Below, one piece after another: positions 1 through 10,024 of a stretch of 64,000 nucleotides of DNA (positions are counted from its first letter, which is position 1; each line of letters opens with the position of its first letter). The stretch is from IMG/VR virus record IMGVR_UViG_3300001530_000094; one strand, 5' to 3'. The stretch is from a virus. The notes below the pieces were generated by a model. That model did not search any database. It was not told the origin of the DNA and saw only the letters and a program-made list of their open reading frames with translations. The translations under genes were made by a program, and so were the position numbers.

Positions 1-564
1 TGTATAAACAGAGGACATGAATCAGTGTTAGAGCATGAAAAAATTACAATAACAATGATTTGTGATATTGGAGTATACAAAGATTTAACAAGACATAGAT
101 TAGCAAGTTATTCAATTGAAAGCACAAGATATTGTAACTATAGTAAAGATAAATTTGACAATCAAATTAAATTTATAAAACCAATATTTTATAAAGACTG
201 GAAAAATGAAGACTTAAATGAAGTAATTAAAGACAAAGATTTATACAAGTGTTATTTATGGGAAAATTGTATGCAAAATATAGAGCAAGACTACAATGCA
301 ATGTCTGAAGTTGGAGCATTACCTGATGAAATGAGAATGCTACTTCCTCATAGTACAGCAGCTAAAGTTACAATGACAGCTAACATAAGAGAATGGAAAC
401 ACATTTTATCACTAAGATGTAGTAATCACGCTCATCCAGCAATACAACAATTATTAATACCATTTTTATTAAAACTTAAAGAAGAAATGCCTGAAATTTT
501 TAATGATGTAGACTACAATGAAAATTTTCCAGAAGAAAAATATGCAAAATTAGTTATTTTATAG
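1..564 (+). CDS. thyX: Flavin-dependent thymidylate synthase ThyX (5' end outside window)
   Basis: Frame 1 is open from nt 1 (CINRGHESVLEHEK...). The ThyX signature RHRLASYSIESTRY (RHRxxSxxxxSxR) is present. Confidence 0.85.
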   Translation, partial: CINRGHESVLEHEKITITMICDIGVYKDLTRHRLASYSIESTRYCNYSKDKFDNQIKFIKPIFYKDWKNEDLNEVIKDKDLYKCYLWENCMQNIEQDYNAMSEVGALPDEMRMLLPHSTAAKVTMTANIREWKHILSLRCSNHAHPAIQQLLIPFLLKLKEEMPEIFNDVDYNENFPEEKYAKLVIL

Positions 565-574
565 GAGGAATAAG

Positions 575-772
575 ATGAAAGATAAATATAGATTCATATT
601 ATATCTTATAAGGTGGCAACTAAGTACTCCAATTTTAGCTTTATGTCTTAATCTACTACACTTTAATATTTTAGTGAATACTATAATAGCTAACTTAATT
701 GGAGGTATAATATTTTATTGGGTAGACAAATATATTTTTAATAAGGAGAGAAAAAATGATAGAGAAGAATGA
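575..772 (+). CDS. Small two-helix membrane protein
   Basis: GGAGG lies upstream. There are two hydrophobic segments (ILALCLNLL, IIANLIGGIIFYW). The function is not recognised. Confidence 0.4.
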   Translation: MKDKYRFILYLIRWQLSTPILALCLNLLHFNILVNTIIANLIGGIIFYWVDKYIFNKERKNDREE

Positions 773-968
773 TTTAGAAAAACTAGCAACTTTAATTAGT
801 GAAAAACTACCTGCAGGATATGGATTTTGTTTATTAACTTTTCCATTTTATAGAGAGGGAGACGAAAGATTACAATATGTATCTAGCGGAAGAAGAGATG
901 ATATAGTAAACGTTATGGAAGAATGGATAGAAAAAGTTAAAAATGAAAATTTTGGAAAGGATGTATAA
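756..968 (+). CDS. Hypothetical protein
   Basis: Co-oriented ORF with AAGGAG upstream. No motif recognised. Confidence 0.35.
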   Translation: MIEKNDLEKLATLISEKLPAGYGFCLLTFPFYREGDERLQYVSSGRRDDIVNVMEEWIEKVKNENFGKDV

Positions 969-970
969 TT

Positions 971-2287
971 ATGGAAGAAAAAATGAGTTATGATGAATGG
1001 TTAGACTCTAGAACTTACGAATACTTTATTGATTTAGAGAAAAAAAGACAGGATGAAAATATTGAACTAATAGCAAGTGAGAATTTTCCAAGTGAAAGGA
1101 TTCTAAATGCTGCAGGAAGTATACTCACAAATAAATACTCTGAAGGTTATCCTGGAAAGAGATATTACGGAGGATGTTATCATATAGATGAAATAGAACA
1201 AAAAGCTATAAATGATGCTTGTAAATTATTTCATGCTAATTTTGCAAATGTACAACCTCATTGTGGAAGTTCAGCAAATCAAGCTGTATATAGAGCATTA
1301 TTAGAACATGGAGACACAGTTTTAGGGATGGACTTAGGAGCTGGAGGACATTTAACACATGGACATAAGATGAGTTTTTCAGGACAAGACTATAACATAG
1401 TTTCTTATGGTGTAAATGAGGAAGGTTATATTGACTTAGAAGACTTTACTAAGAAGTTATATGAGTATGAACCTAAGATGGTAATTGTAGGAGCTAGTTC
1501 ATATTCTAGACTAATTGATTATGAAATATTTTTAAATATACTATATAACTTTGAGAAAGATAAAGGATGGAGACCATATTATATGGTAGATATGGCACAT
1601 GTTGCAGGACTAGTAGCTGGAGGAGTTCATCCTAATCCAGTAAATTATGCAGATGTAGTAACTTCTACTACTCATAAAACATTAAGAGGACCTAGAGGTG
1701 GACTTATTCTTTGGAATAGTAATGAATTAACAAAAAAGATAAATTCTGCTGTATTTCCTGGAATACAAGGTGGTCCATTAGAGCATATTATTTGTGCAAA
1801 AGGAATATGTTTTGAAGAAGCAATGAGACCGGAATTTGAAAGATATGCTAATCAAGTAATAGCAAATTCAAAAGTATTTGCTAATAAGTTTATAGAAAAT
1901 GGGTGGAAAGTGGTTTCTAATGGAACTGATAATCACATGTTTGTTTTAAACGTTATGGACTCAATTGGATTAACAGGAAAAGAAGTAGAGACAGAATTAG
2001 ATAAAATAAACATAACAGTAAATAAGAATCAAACTCCTAATGACCCATTACCTCCATTAAAATCTTCTGGAGTAAGAATTGGAACTGCAGCAATGACTAC
2101 AAAAGGCTGGTTAGAAGAAGATTTTGAAGAATTAGCTCAGACTATAATGACTTTTCTAGATGAAGTTGCTATGGAAGCAAATGGAGAAGCTAGAGGAATC
2201 TCAGTAGATTATGATGAATATAAAGAAAGAGTAAAATCTCTTTCAAATAAAGTTAAAGAAAGAAATAATCACAAAAAAGAGGTATAA
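971..2287 (+). CDS. glyA: Serine hydroxymethyltransferase
   Basis: Full-length SHMT. Motifs ELIASENF, YPGKRYYGG, GGHLTHGH and the PLP-lysine block TTHKTLRGPRGG are present. Confidence 0.9.
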   Translation: MEEKMSYDEWLDSRTYEYFIDLEKKRQDENIELIASENFPSERILNAAGSILTNKYSEGYPGKRYYGGCYHIDEIEQKAINDACKLFHANFANVQPHCGSSANQAVYRALLEHGDTVLGMDLGAGGHLTHGHKMSFSGQDYNIVSYGVNEEGYIDLEDFTKKLYEYEPKMVIVGASSYSRLIDYEIFLNILYNFEKDKGWRPYYMVDMAHVAGLVAGGVHPNPVNYADVVTSTTHKTLRGPRGGLILWNSNELTKKINSAVFPGIQGGPLEHIICAKGICFEEAMRPEFERYANQVIANSKVFANKFIENGWKVVSNGTDNHMFVLNVMDSIGLTGKEVETELDKINITVNKNQTPNDPLPPLKSSGVRIGTAAMTTKGWLEEDFEELAQTIMTFLDEVAMEANGEARGISVDYDEYKERVKSLSNKVKERNNHKKEV

Positions 2288-2289
2288 TA

Positions 2290-2970
2290 ATGAATAGAAA
2301 TGATTTAAGAAGATTAGAAAAAGCAGCTAGAGAGAAAGATAAAAAGTATTTAGCCGAGTGGGCAGATGATTTTGAAAATCAGTTAAGATATTTAATGAGA
2401 AAAGAGTATGAAGCTAGATATCAAGATGAAATAGAGAGTTCAATTGAAAACTTTTTATTAGCTACAGCTTATACTGCAGTGTTTAGTGAGTCAACTAATC
2501 TTCTTAAGTCTGGTAATCTTCCAGATTTTATGGAAGATTTATTTGTTACTATTGACTTATTTAGAACTGGAGAGTATAAACCTAAAGAATATGAAGAAAT
2601 ATTAAAAGAAAATGGTTTTGAAATGGATAAAATGAAATATAAGCCTAGAGAACATAAAGTTATTACACTGTGTGGAAGTACTAAATTCAAGGAAGATTTT
2701 CTAAGAAAGCAAGAAGAACTTACTCTAAAAGGTTATATTGTTTTATCTGTAGGTGTATTTGTTCATGATGATAACATAGAGGTAACTGAAGAGCAAAAAG
2801 TAGAGTTAGATAAAATACATAAAGATAAAATAAGAATGTCTGATGCAATTTATGTAATAAATAAAGATAATTACATAGGAGAGTCTACTAAATCAGAAAT
2901 TGAATTTGCTAAAGAATTAAATAAAACAGTGATGTATATGGAGGAAGAGGAAAAGTATGGAAAGAATTGA
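2290..2970 (+). CDS. Hypothetical protein whose C-terminal domain is reminiscent of nucleoside 2-deoxyribosyltransferase-like (DUF4406-type) folds
   Basis: The C-terminal block ITLCGSTKF...DAIYVINKDNYIGESTKSEIEFA resembles that family from memory only. Confidence 0.3.
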   Translation: MNRNDLRRLEKAAREKDKKYLAEWADDFENQLRYLMRKEYEARYQDEIESSIENFLLATAYTAVFSESTNLLKSGNLPDFMEDLFVTIDLFRTGEYKPKEYEEILKENGFEMDKMKYKPREHKVITLCGSTKFKEDFLRKQEELTLKGYIVLSVGVFVHDDNIEVTEEQKVELDKIHKDKIRMSDAIYVINKDNYIGESTKSEIEFAKELNKTVMYMEEEEKYGKN

Positions 2971-3436
2971 TAAAATAAACTACTACTTGAATATCGCTGA
3001 GTCTGTCTCAGAAAGAAGCACTTGTTTAAAGAAACATTGGGGTTCTATAATTGTTAAAAATGATGAAATAATATCTACTGGCTTTAATGGAGCTCCTAGA
3101 GGAGTTAAAAGTTGCTTAGAATGTAATAAGTGTAATAGAGAAAATTCTGAAAGAGGTTCAGATTATAATCAATGTTTGGCTGTACATTCAGAGCAAAATG
3201 CGATAATACATGCTAGTAGAAATCAAATGCTGGAATCAGACATGTACTTAGTAGGAGTAGATTTTACAAATAACAATAAATATGTAGAAAACGCAGCTCC
3301 TTGCGCTTTATGCAAAAGAATGATAATAAATGCAGGCATTAAAAGAGTAATAGTTAGAGACAATAAACTAGAGTATAGAACACTGAATGTAGATGACTGG
3401 GTAAAAGATTCTAATATTCTATTAGGAGGTTATTAA
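2957..3436 (+). CDS. dCMP deaminase (cytidine/deoxycytidylate deaminase family)
   Basis: Zinc motifs HSEQNA (HxE) and PCALCKRMIINAGI (PCxxC) are present. Confidence 0.85.
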   Translation: MERIDKINYYLNIAESVSERSTCLKKHWGSIIVKNDEIISTGFNGAPRGVKSCLECNKCNRENSERGSDYNQCLAVHSEQNAIIHASRNQMLESDMYLVGVDFTNNNKYVENAAPCALCKRMIINAGIKRVIVRDNKLEYRTLNVDDWVKDSNILLGGY

Positions 3437-3437
3437 A

Positions 3438-3749
3438 ATGGCTAAAGTAACTTATGAATTTAATGAGAGTGAAGAAGATAGAGACATAGAACTAGTAAAT
3501 GCTAGATATAAGATGATAAATGCTTTAAATGAGTTACAGAATTTTAGAAGAAAACTATACAAAGGTTGGCTAAGTAGTGAAGATATGATAAATGTAAAAG
3601 ATAATAAAGTTCTTACAAAAGAAGATTATGACAAGCTACATGAAGAAGGAAAACTATACTTTGAAGGCACTAAGAGATATATTAGTTATGATTATGTAGA
3701 ACAGAAAATAGACTATATCCTTAATGATATATCATTTTTGATAGACTAA
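3438..3749 (+). CDS. Hypothetical protein
   Basis: AGGAGG upstream, co-oriented. No motif recognised. Confidence 0.4.
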   Translation: MAKVTYEFNESEEDRDIELVNARYKMINALNELQNFRRKLYKGWLSSEDMINVKDNKVLTKEDYDKLHEEGKLYFEGTKRYISYDYVEQKIDYILNDISFLID

Positions 3750-3776
3750 TATACATTATATTAGGAGGTACAACTA

Positions 3777-4028
3777 ATGATTATAGATGCCGCGATTTTA
3801 AAAGATAGTACCATCTACTCAGGAAGAAGGCATTTTATTATTATAAATAATGCTGAAAAAGGATTTTTTGAAGAAAATAGTGTTCAAGGCTTTATCACAG
3901 ACTCAGGAGAGTTCTTAGATAGAGAACAAGCTTTAGAACATGCATATAAGTGTAATCAAATTTCAAAGGCACTTTATAAAGAAAGAGTAAAATATAGTAA
4001 AGAATTATTCTCAGAAGATTTATGGTAA
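3777..4028 (+). CDS. Hypothetical protein
   Basis: AGGAGG upstream, co-oriented. No motif recognised. Confidence 0.4.
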   Translation: MIIDAAILKDSTIYSGRRHFIIINNAEKGFFEENSVQGFITDSGEFLDREQALEHAYKCNQISKALYKERVKYSKELFSEDLW

Positions 4029-4043
4029 TTTAGGAGGAAATAA

Positions 4044-5006
4044 GTGAAAGCTATTGATGAAAATTATATAATTGAAAGATATGAAGAAAATAATAAAACA
4101 CCAGTATTTATAGATTTATCAAATGTTGCTTATAGAAGTGCGTTTGTATTTACTCCAGATAAATTTAAAACTTCACAAGGAATACCTAATGGTCATCTTT
4201 TTGGAGTTTGCCAAGTTATAAAAACTTTATTAAACTTAAATTATGAGGTATACTTATGCAGAGATTTACAATCTAATTTTAGAAAGAAACTAAATGAAAA
4301 CTATAAAGCAAATAGACAAACTGAAGATTCAGGAATCAGTGTTCATAGTTTATTAAATAGAGCAATAAATCCTTTAATAAGTGAACTTCAAAATGTACAT
4401 GTACTATCTAAAACTAATTTTGAAGCTGACGACATAATGTTTTCAGCTTCAAAGTGCTGTAGTTACCATAATATTAAATGTTGGATAATGTCTACAGATA
4501 AAGACTTGTGTCAAGCTTTAGACAATAATATATCTATAGCTCATAAATTTACTATTAAGGGTCCTCAAGAAATAGTTACTACAGAAAGTGAATATTATAT
4601 AAAAAATTTTGGAGATATAGAACCTAGATGTTTACCACTTTATAGAGCATTTAAAGGAGATGCTTCAGATAATTTGGAGGCTCCTGTGAAAAGATTTCCG
4701 AAAGATTTGTTAGAAGAACTGTGTAAAGATTATGCAGATAAAAACTACTCAGATGAAATAGCAGTTCTTTTATTGAGTCATAAATGTAGTAAGAAATCAC
4801 ATGAAAAATGGATGAAACAACTAACTACTGATAGAGATATATTTATTCAACTGTATAATAACTATAGAATTATGAAATTAAATCCAATTCCGATAGAAGT
4901 AGAAGATGAACCTTTAGTAGAAAATGCATTTAATATAATAACAGACGAGTTTGAACTATGGGGATTCAAAAAGTTTGTGAAAGAATATAATTTAGGAGGT
5001 AACTAG
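4044..5006 (+). CDS. 5'-3' exonuclease / flap endonuclease (T4 RNase H / T5 D15-like)
   Basis: GTG start after AGGAGG. Motifs FEADDIM, STDKDLCQAL and FKGDASDNLEAP are typical of the FEN/53EXO family. Confidence 0.7.
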   Translation: MKAIDENYIIERYEENNKTPVFIDLSNVAYRSAFVFTPDKFKTSQGIPNGHLFGVCQVIKTLLNLNYEVYLCRDLQSNFRKKLNENYKANRQTEDSGISVHSLLNRAINPLISELQNVHVLSKTNFEADDIMFSASKCCSYHNIKCWIMSTDKDLCQALDNNISIAHKFTIKGPQEIVTTESEYYIKNFGDIEPRCLPLYRAFKGDASDNLEAPVKRFPKDLLEELCKDYADKNYSDEIAVLLLSHKCSKKSHEKWMKQLTTDRDIFIQLYNNYRIMKLNPIPIEVEDEPLVENAFNIITDEFELWGFKKFVKEYNLGGN

Positions 5007-5336
5007 ATGCACCAGAATGACTCAGAATTAAATAAAAATAATGAACAATGGAATTATATATCTGTAATATTTGAAAATGTACATTATCCATTTGATTATC
5101 CGAAAGTACTAAATGATAGTTCTTTTAGAAATGAAATTTATGGAAGAGCTATAAAATACACTTATAAAGTTAAAGACGGAAAGATTCCTAATTTGGTAGA
5201 GGGTAGAATACTTTCAATAAATAATAGGGATAGAATTTCTAGAGTTTTAGTAACTAATATAGGACTAAAAGAATCAGATATAACTTTTCCTATAGATAAA
5301 ATTAAAGAACTTCCATTGTATAAAGGAGAGAAATAA
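5007..5336 (+). CDS. Hypothetical protein
   Basis: AGGAGG upstream. No motif recognised. Confidence 0.4.
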   Translation: MHQNDSELNKNNEQWNYISVIFENVHYPFDYPKVLNDSSFRNEIYGRAIKYTYKVKDGKIPNLVEGRILSINNRDRISRVLVTNIGLKESDITFPIDKIKELPLYKGEK

Positions 5337-5626
5337 TGTATATTCAAACAAAGTATAATATAGGAGATAGAATTTGGGTAGTTTATGAACAAATGCTTTA
5401 CACTGAACATTACAGAGGTCCAGCTGGAGAAGTTACAGTATATTCAACAAAAATAGTAGATATATTATTCCCTAAAAGTGGGAAAATAGAGTACGGAACA
5501 GACACAGAAGGAGGAGATTCTATCTTAGAAGAAGATATAATTTTGTATGATGATTTAGATTTATTAGCTAAAAGAGTAAAAGAATTGGATGATAAAATAA
5601 GAAAAAGAGAGGAGAATGAGGAATGA
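5336..5626 (+). CDS. Hypothetical protein
   Basis: Start overlaps the upstream stop (TAATG), with GGAGAG upstream. Confidence 0.4.
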   Translation: MYIQTKYNIGDRIWVVYEQMLYTEHYRGPAGEVTVYSTKIVDILFPKSGKIEYGTDTEGGDSILEEDIILYDDLDLLAKRVKELDDKIRKREENEE

Positions 5627-6657
5627 AATTAGTATTTGTGGGAGATACTCATTTAACTCCAGTGTCTCCGTCTTCTCGTAAAGAGACAAATGAAGAATAT
5701 AGAGATTTAGAGTTTAAAAAGCTAAAATATATTTATGAAAATATAGCTTCAGAAAAGAATGATAAGGTTATAATTACAGGAGATGTTTTTCATTCTTCTT
5801 CATTATCCATGATGGCTGGAACTCCTAAGTTTTATAACGACATAATAGACTTAATGAGTACAAGAGAGACATACTCTATTATTGGAAATCATGATATGTA
5901 TTATAGAAATGAAGATAGTGAAAATTCTACTATTTTAGCAAATTTATTTAAAACTAGCGTACAACACTTAGACAAAGTAGAATTTAATACACAATCTTAT
6001 AGGTATGATAGTAACTTTGGAGTAAATCAAGTATTTAATAGAACAATAAGACTTTATGGTGTAGATTATATGAAAGACTTCCCTAAGTTACATTTTGTAG
6101 ATGATGCATATAATATTATAGTAACACATTCATTTTTTGAAGATAATTTTTATGGAGCTAAAGGTAATGAAAACCTAACAATAGAAGCAATACAAAATAT
6201 TTTAGGAAAATATGATGCAGTAGTTTTAGGACATGACCATTCACCATATCCAATTATAGATATAGATAATACTCTTACACATAATAGTAAGACTAAAATT
6301 ATTAGACCTGGAAGTTTGATGAGAGGAACTTCTCATACTTGTCAAGTAAACAGAATACCTCAGGTTGCAGTATTTGATACAAACACTTTAAATTGGGAAT
6401 ATGTTCAAATTCCAGTAGCTCCAGGACAAGAAGTATTTAAAGAGAAAGTAATTTTAGAAAAAGAATTAGATGTAAATATGGAAACTATTTTAAAAAATAT
6501 AGATAGCTATGATAAATCAGTTGGCATTTATAACTTTATAAAATCTCAAGAGACTAGAGGTAAAGAAGTATTCGGAGATAGATATTATGACATAATAAAT
6601 TTAATAAAGCAGTATCTAAATAGCTTTGGCTTTATAGAAAATGGAGGGAATAAATGA
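5623..6657 (+). CDS. Mre11/SbcD-like metallophosphoesterase nuclease
   Basis: Calcineurin-like motifs VGDTHL, GDVFH, GNHD and GHDH occur in the canonical order. Confidence 0.75.
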   Translation: MKLVFVGDTHLTPVSPSSRKETNEEYRDLEFKKLKYIYENIASEKNDKVIITGDVFHSSSLSMMAGTPKFYNDIIDLMSTRETYSIIGNHDMYYRNEDSENSTILANLFKTSVQHLDKVEFNTQSYRYDSNFGVNQVFNRTIRLYGVDYMKDFPKLHFVDDAYNIIVTHSFFEDNFYGAKGNENLTIEAIQNILGKYDAVVLGHDHSPYPIIDIDNTLTHNSKTKIIRPGSLMRGTSHTCQVNRIPQVAVFDTNTLNWEYVQIPVAPGQEVFKEKVILEKELDVNMETILKNIDSYDKSVGIYNFIKSQETRGKEVFGDRYYDIINLIKQYLNSFGFIENGGNK

Positions 6658-6971
6658 CACTTCAAAACTTGAAAGATGAAATTACTGAAAAAGGTGAAAT
6701 TCCTATGTATGGTATGAAATTTAGACTTCTAGATGATGATTTAGTTAGGATTTTTATTTCTAATAATAAATTTGAAATGAGATATGATAAATTTGTAGGT
6801 ACATCAGACCTAGGTTTTTCAACTAATATTATGAAGACAGAGTTAACTAAATTAACTATAGAGAAAGATGAAAAACTTCCTCATAAGATGATTTTAGTAA
6901 TTGATTTAAGACCTAAGAAAAAGAAGAAAGTAATTGATACAGGAATAAATGCAAGAATGAAATTAAATTGA
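6654..6971 (+). CDS. Hypothetical protein
   Basis: Translationally coupled ORF (ATGA overlap). Confidence 0.35.
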   Translation: MTLQNLKDEITEKGEIPMYGMKFRLLDDDLVRIFISNNKFEMRYDKFVGTSDLGFSTNIMKTELTKLTIEKDEKLPHKMILVIDLRPKKKKKVIDTGINARMKLN

Positions 6972-6985
6972 TTGGAGGTAATATT

Positions 6986-8152
6986 ATGAAAGCTTTGGCA
7001 ATGTATATATTTTGTGGAAGCTTAGGAATAGGAATAATGCAAGCAGGTTTTAAGATAGATAAAGTATTAGAAATAACTGATGAAATGTTGGAAGAAAATT
7101 CTAAACACTTTATTCATAACTATCCAGATATTCCCGTAATAAAGCCTTCATTATGGAATAATACTATTTATAAGAATGAATTATTCAAAGAAAATTATGA
7201 TTTATTAGCAGGTAATCCACCTTGTTCTGGACTATCTCAAATAAATAGACATGCTTCTTCAGACAATCTTACAAATCAATATATGTATAATTTTATAGAT
7301 ACAGTATCTTATGTACAACCTAAAACATTCCTAATGGAGAATGCTCCAACTTTAATTAGTAGAGGCAAAGTAATTTTAGACTATATGGTATCAATTCTTA
7401 GCAGTGATTACTACATATACATAATAAGAGACTATGCTGGAAATCATAAAGTTCCAATGAAAAGACAAAGAACAATAGTACTTGGTTTTAGGAAAAATTT
7501 CTTTGAAGGAGTTCCAGTCTTAAAAGATTATGAAGAAGTTACAGGTGAAATTACTGCTGGTGAAGTTTTATCAGAGATTTCTGAAAATTCTCCTAATATG
7601 TATTTAGAAGAGAATAGAAGTTGTAAAGATTTAGAGAAATATTTAGAATATATACAAGTAAATAAGTCAATAATGCATTCTTTATCAGAATTTTCTGAAG
7701 ATTTCATAAATAATTTAGATATATCTGAAAAAAGAAAGAAAAATATTTTAACTTTAAAAAGAAAGATGAATGCTGGTAAAGGAGTATTTGATAAAACACC
7801 GTTTAAACTTGATAAAAATTTGGTAGCTCCTAGTATGACATCTTTATCAGAATTTATAAATCCAGTATATGACAGACATTTATACATAAGAGAATATGCA
7901 AAACTTATGGGATATCCAGATGATTTTGAATTTGTAAAAGATGCAAAAGTTCCATACATTCAGTCTATAGCTCAGGGAGTTCCGGTGAATTTTGCAAAAT
8001 GGGCAGCTATGAATGTAAAAGATGCTCTAGAGAAGAAGTCTAAATTTTTAAAAGACATAGATATTGTAGTAGAAAATAGATGTAATCCTAAGAAGATAAA
8101 AACAATGTTTTATTCTAAGGAGAAATTTTTCAATACTGATAATATATGCTAA
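6986..8152 (+). CDS. DNA (cytosine-5) methyltransferase
   Basis: Motif I FCGSLGIG, motif IV GNPPCSGLS (PC), motif VI ENAP, QRT block, and C-terminal GYPDDFEF and QGVPVNF. The ATG at 6986 follows GGAGG, while the ORF-track start at 6968 is a TTG inside the SD region. Confidence 0.85.
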   Translation: MKALAMYIFCGSLGIGIMQAGFKIDKVLEITDEMLEENSKHFIHNYPDIPVIKPSLWNNTIYKNELFKENYDLLAGNPPCSGLSQINRHASSDNLTNQYMYNFIDTVSYVQPKTFLMENAPTLISRGKVILDYMVSILSSDYYIYIIRDYAGNHKVPMKRQRTIVLGFRKNFFEGVPVLKDYEEVTGEITAGEVLSEISENSPNMYLEENRSCKDLEKYLEYIQVNKSIMHSLSEFSEDFINNLDISEKRKKNILTLKRKMNAGKGVFDKTPFKLDKNLVAPSMTSLSEFINPVYDRHLYIREYAKLMGYPDDFEFVKDAKVPYIQSIAQGVPVNFAKWAAMNVKDALEKKSKFLKDIDIVVENRCNPKKIKTMFYSKEKFFNTDNIC

Positions 8153-8195
8153 AAGCATATTATTATATATAAAATATTTAAAAGGAGGAACCATT

Positions 8196-8474
8196 ATGGA
8201 TAAAATGGGAAAAACAGAATTTATTGATGCTGTTGCTAACAGAGCAGGAGTTACAAAGAAAGATACTTATGCAGTATATGAAGCAATAGTTTCAGAAATT
8301 ACTGAACAATTAGCTAACAGAAGAAAGGTTTCACTAGTTGGTTTTGGTAACTTTGAAGTAAGACATAGAAGCGCTAGACGCGGTGTAAATCCAACAACTA
8401 AAGAGAAAATAGATATTCCTGAGAAGGATGTTCCTAAATTTAGCTTTAGCTCAGCTATAAAGAACTCAATCTAA
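8196..8474 (+). CDS. hup: HU/IHF-family DNA-binding protein
   Basis: GFGNFEVRHRSARRGVNPTTKEKIDIPEKDVPKFSFS matches the HU arm consensus. Confidence 0.9.
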   Translation: MDKMGKTEFIDAVANRAGVTKKDTYAVYEAIVSEITEQLANRRKVSLVGFGNFEVRHRSARRGVNPTTKEKIDIPEKDVPKFSFSSAIKNSI

Positions 8475-8491
8475 TTTAGAGAAAATTCAAG

Positions 8492-8530
8492 ATAGTGACA
8501 TATTATATAATAAGATATGTCACTATTTTT
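8492..8530 (+). terminator. Rho-independent terminator after the HU gene
   Basis: 12-bp inverted repeat ATAGTGACATAT / ATATGTCACTAT (8492-8503 / 8515-8526) with loop TATATAATAAG, followed by TTTT. Confidence 0.75.
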
Positions 8531-8549
8531 GTGAAGAAAGGAGGTAAAT

Positions 8550-9656
8550 ATGGAGGACTTAAATTATTTAAGAACAGAATATAATTCTATAGTCTTAGAG
8601 AAAGATGAGCTTATAAAAACGTTAAACTTAGTTTCTAAAGTTTCTCATACTAATTCATCTTCTATAGAGTGTAGTTGTTTAACATTTATCCCAGACTGGA
8701 AAAGAAAGACTTTAACTTTAACAGTAACAAATGATTTAACATATTTTAAAAATAATGTAGAATTGTTAGGAGAAAGTGATAAAGCTCTTACAGATACATT
8801 TTCAATAAAAATAGAAACTCTTAATAAGATAAAGCAATTCTTTAGAAACAAGGTTCTAATTTATAAGAAAGAATCAGAATTTTATATTAGACTTTTAGAT
8901 GGGGACTTATTAATACACACAGCAACTCCTAATATGCAGAGACTTTATTTTACTTCATCTATTAATTCTTTAGTTTATGAAGCAAATGTAGAAGATTTTT
9001 GTAATATTTTATCAATATATGGTAATATGTCAGATGATTATTCAGATAAATGGCTATCGTTTGATACGGATAAAATAAGTTTGTGTGGTACAACTTTTTA
9101 TGCAGAAACAAAAATTAAAACACCTCTTATGTGTCTACTTATGTCAGATATAGAGTTAATAATAAAATTATCTCAGTATTACTCTTCAGACACTATACAA
9201 ATTTTTTCAACAGATTCAGTAAATTCTATACCTAGGTTACAAATAAAAGTCGCAAACATAGAGATAGAAGTGTTAAACGTACTATCAAGCATTAATAAAA
9301 CTACAATTAGTACTTTAACAACTTTTGTAGAAGAACCAACACACATAATAGAAACAGAAGCTGTGAAAAGAGTTATAAATATTGCTATGAGTTTAGTAGA
9401 TATAGAAAAAGATTTAAGAATTAAAATTTCTGATAAAGGTATAGTAATTATATTAAGAAGTTCTAAGGGTGACTCAGAATTTAACCTGAATACACAGAAG
9501 TTAAAAGAAAGTAGCAAAAAAGAAGTAGTTTTAAGTGTAAATACATTAAATAAAATAATAGGTTCTATAAATTCAGAGAAAATAGGAATTTGTTTAGGCA
9601 AAGTTTATACTAGCATTTCTTCTGAAAATACTAGAGCTATAATATTAAATAAGTAG
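8550..9656 (+). CDS. Candidate DNA sliding clamp (beta-clamp size class)
   Basis: 368 aa, located in the replication block just upstream of the primase and clamp loader. No diagnostic motif is visible, so the call rests on position and size only. Confidence 0.3.
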   Translation: MEDLNYLRTEYNSIVLEKDELIKTLNLVSKVSHTNSSSIECSCLTFIPDWKRKTLTLTVTNDLTYFKNNVELLGESDKALTDTFSIKIETLNKIKQFFRNKVLIYKKESEFYIRLLDGDLLIHTATPNMQRLYFTSSINSLVYEANVEDFCNILSIYGNMSDDYSDKWLSFDTDKISLCGTTFYAETKIKTPLMCLLMSDIELIIKLSQYYSSDTIQIFSTDSVNSIPRLQIKVANIEIEVLNVLSSINKTTISTLTTFVEEPTHIIETEAVKRVINIAMSLVDIEKDLRIKISDKGIVIILRSSKGDSEFNLNTQKLKESSKKEVVLSVNTLNKIIGSINSEKIGICLGKVYTSISSENTRAIILNK

Positions 9657-9673
9657 AGAGGGTGAAGTATAGA

Positions 9674-10024
9674 ATGAGTATGCCTTTAAGTGAAGAAGAA
9701 AAAGAAAAACTTAAACTAATTAGAAAAAAGTTTAATAAAAATATTGATTCAAATCTAACTACAGAATTTATTGATAAAGTTATAGCAAATAAGATTATGT
9801 ATGGAGCAAATATTTTAGATTATAATGAAGCAATCAATTTTTGTAAAGAAAAAGACTTAAATGCAAATATTTTTAAAGCAATTTTATGTTATTCTATTAA
9901 AGGAGAGCCTAAAGTTTCTCAAAGTACGATAGGTAATTGGTTTAATGAAACTTCAGCATTAGGAGATAAAGTAAGATATATGGTAACTAAATACTATGAT
10001 GATATAATGAGGAGTAGAAAATGA
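9674..10024 (+). CDS. Hypothetical protein
   Basis: The ATG at 9674 follows GAGGGTG. No motif recognised. Confidence 0.35.
   Translation: MSMPLSEEEKEKLKLIRKKFNKNIDSNLTTEFIDKVIANKIMYGANILDYNEAINFCKEKDLNANIFKAILCYSIKGEPKVSQSTIGNWFNETSALGDKVRYMVTKYYDDIMRSRK

Noticed and set aside
5623-6657. I expected a Rad50/SbcC-like partner adjacent to the Mre11-like nuclease, and considered ORF 6654..6971 or the 56255 ATPase for that role.
   Set aside because: ORF 6654..6971 has no P-loop and is far too small. The 56255 ATPase is 50 kb away, has only ~194 aa and has no coiled coil. No pairing can be supported.
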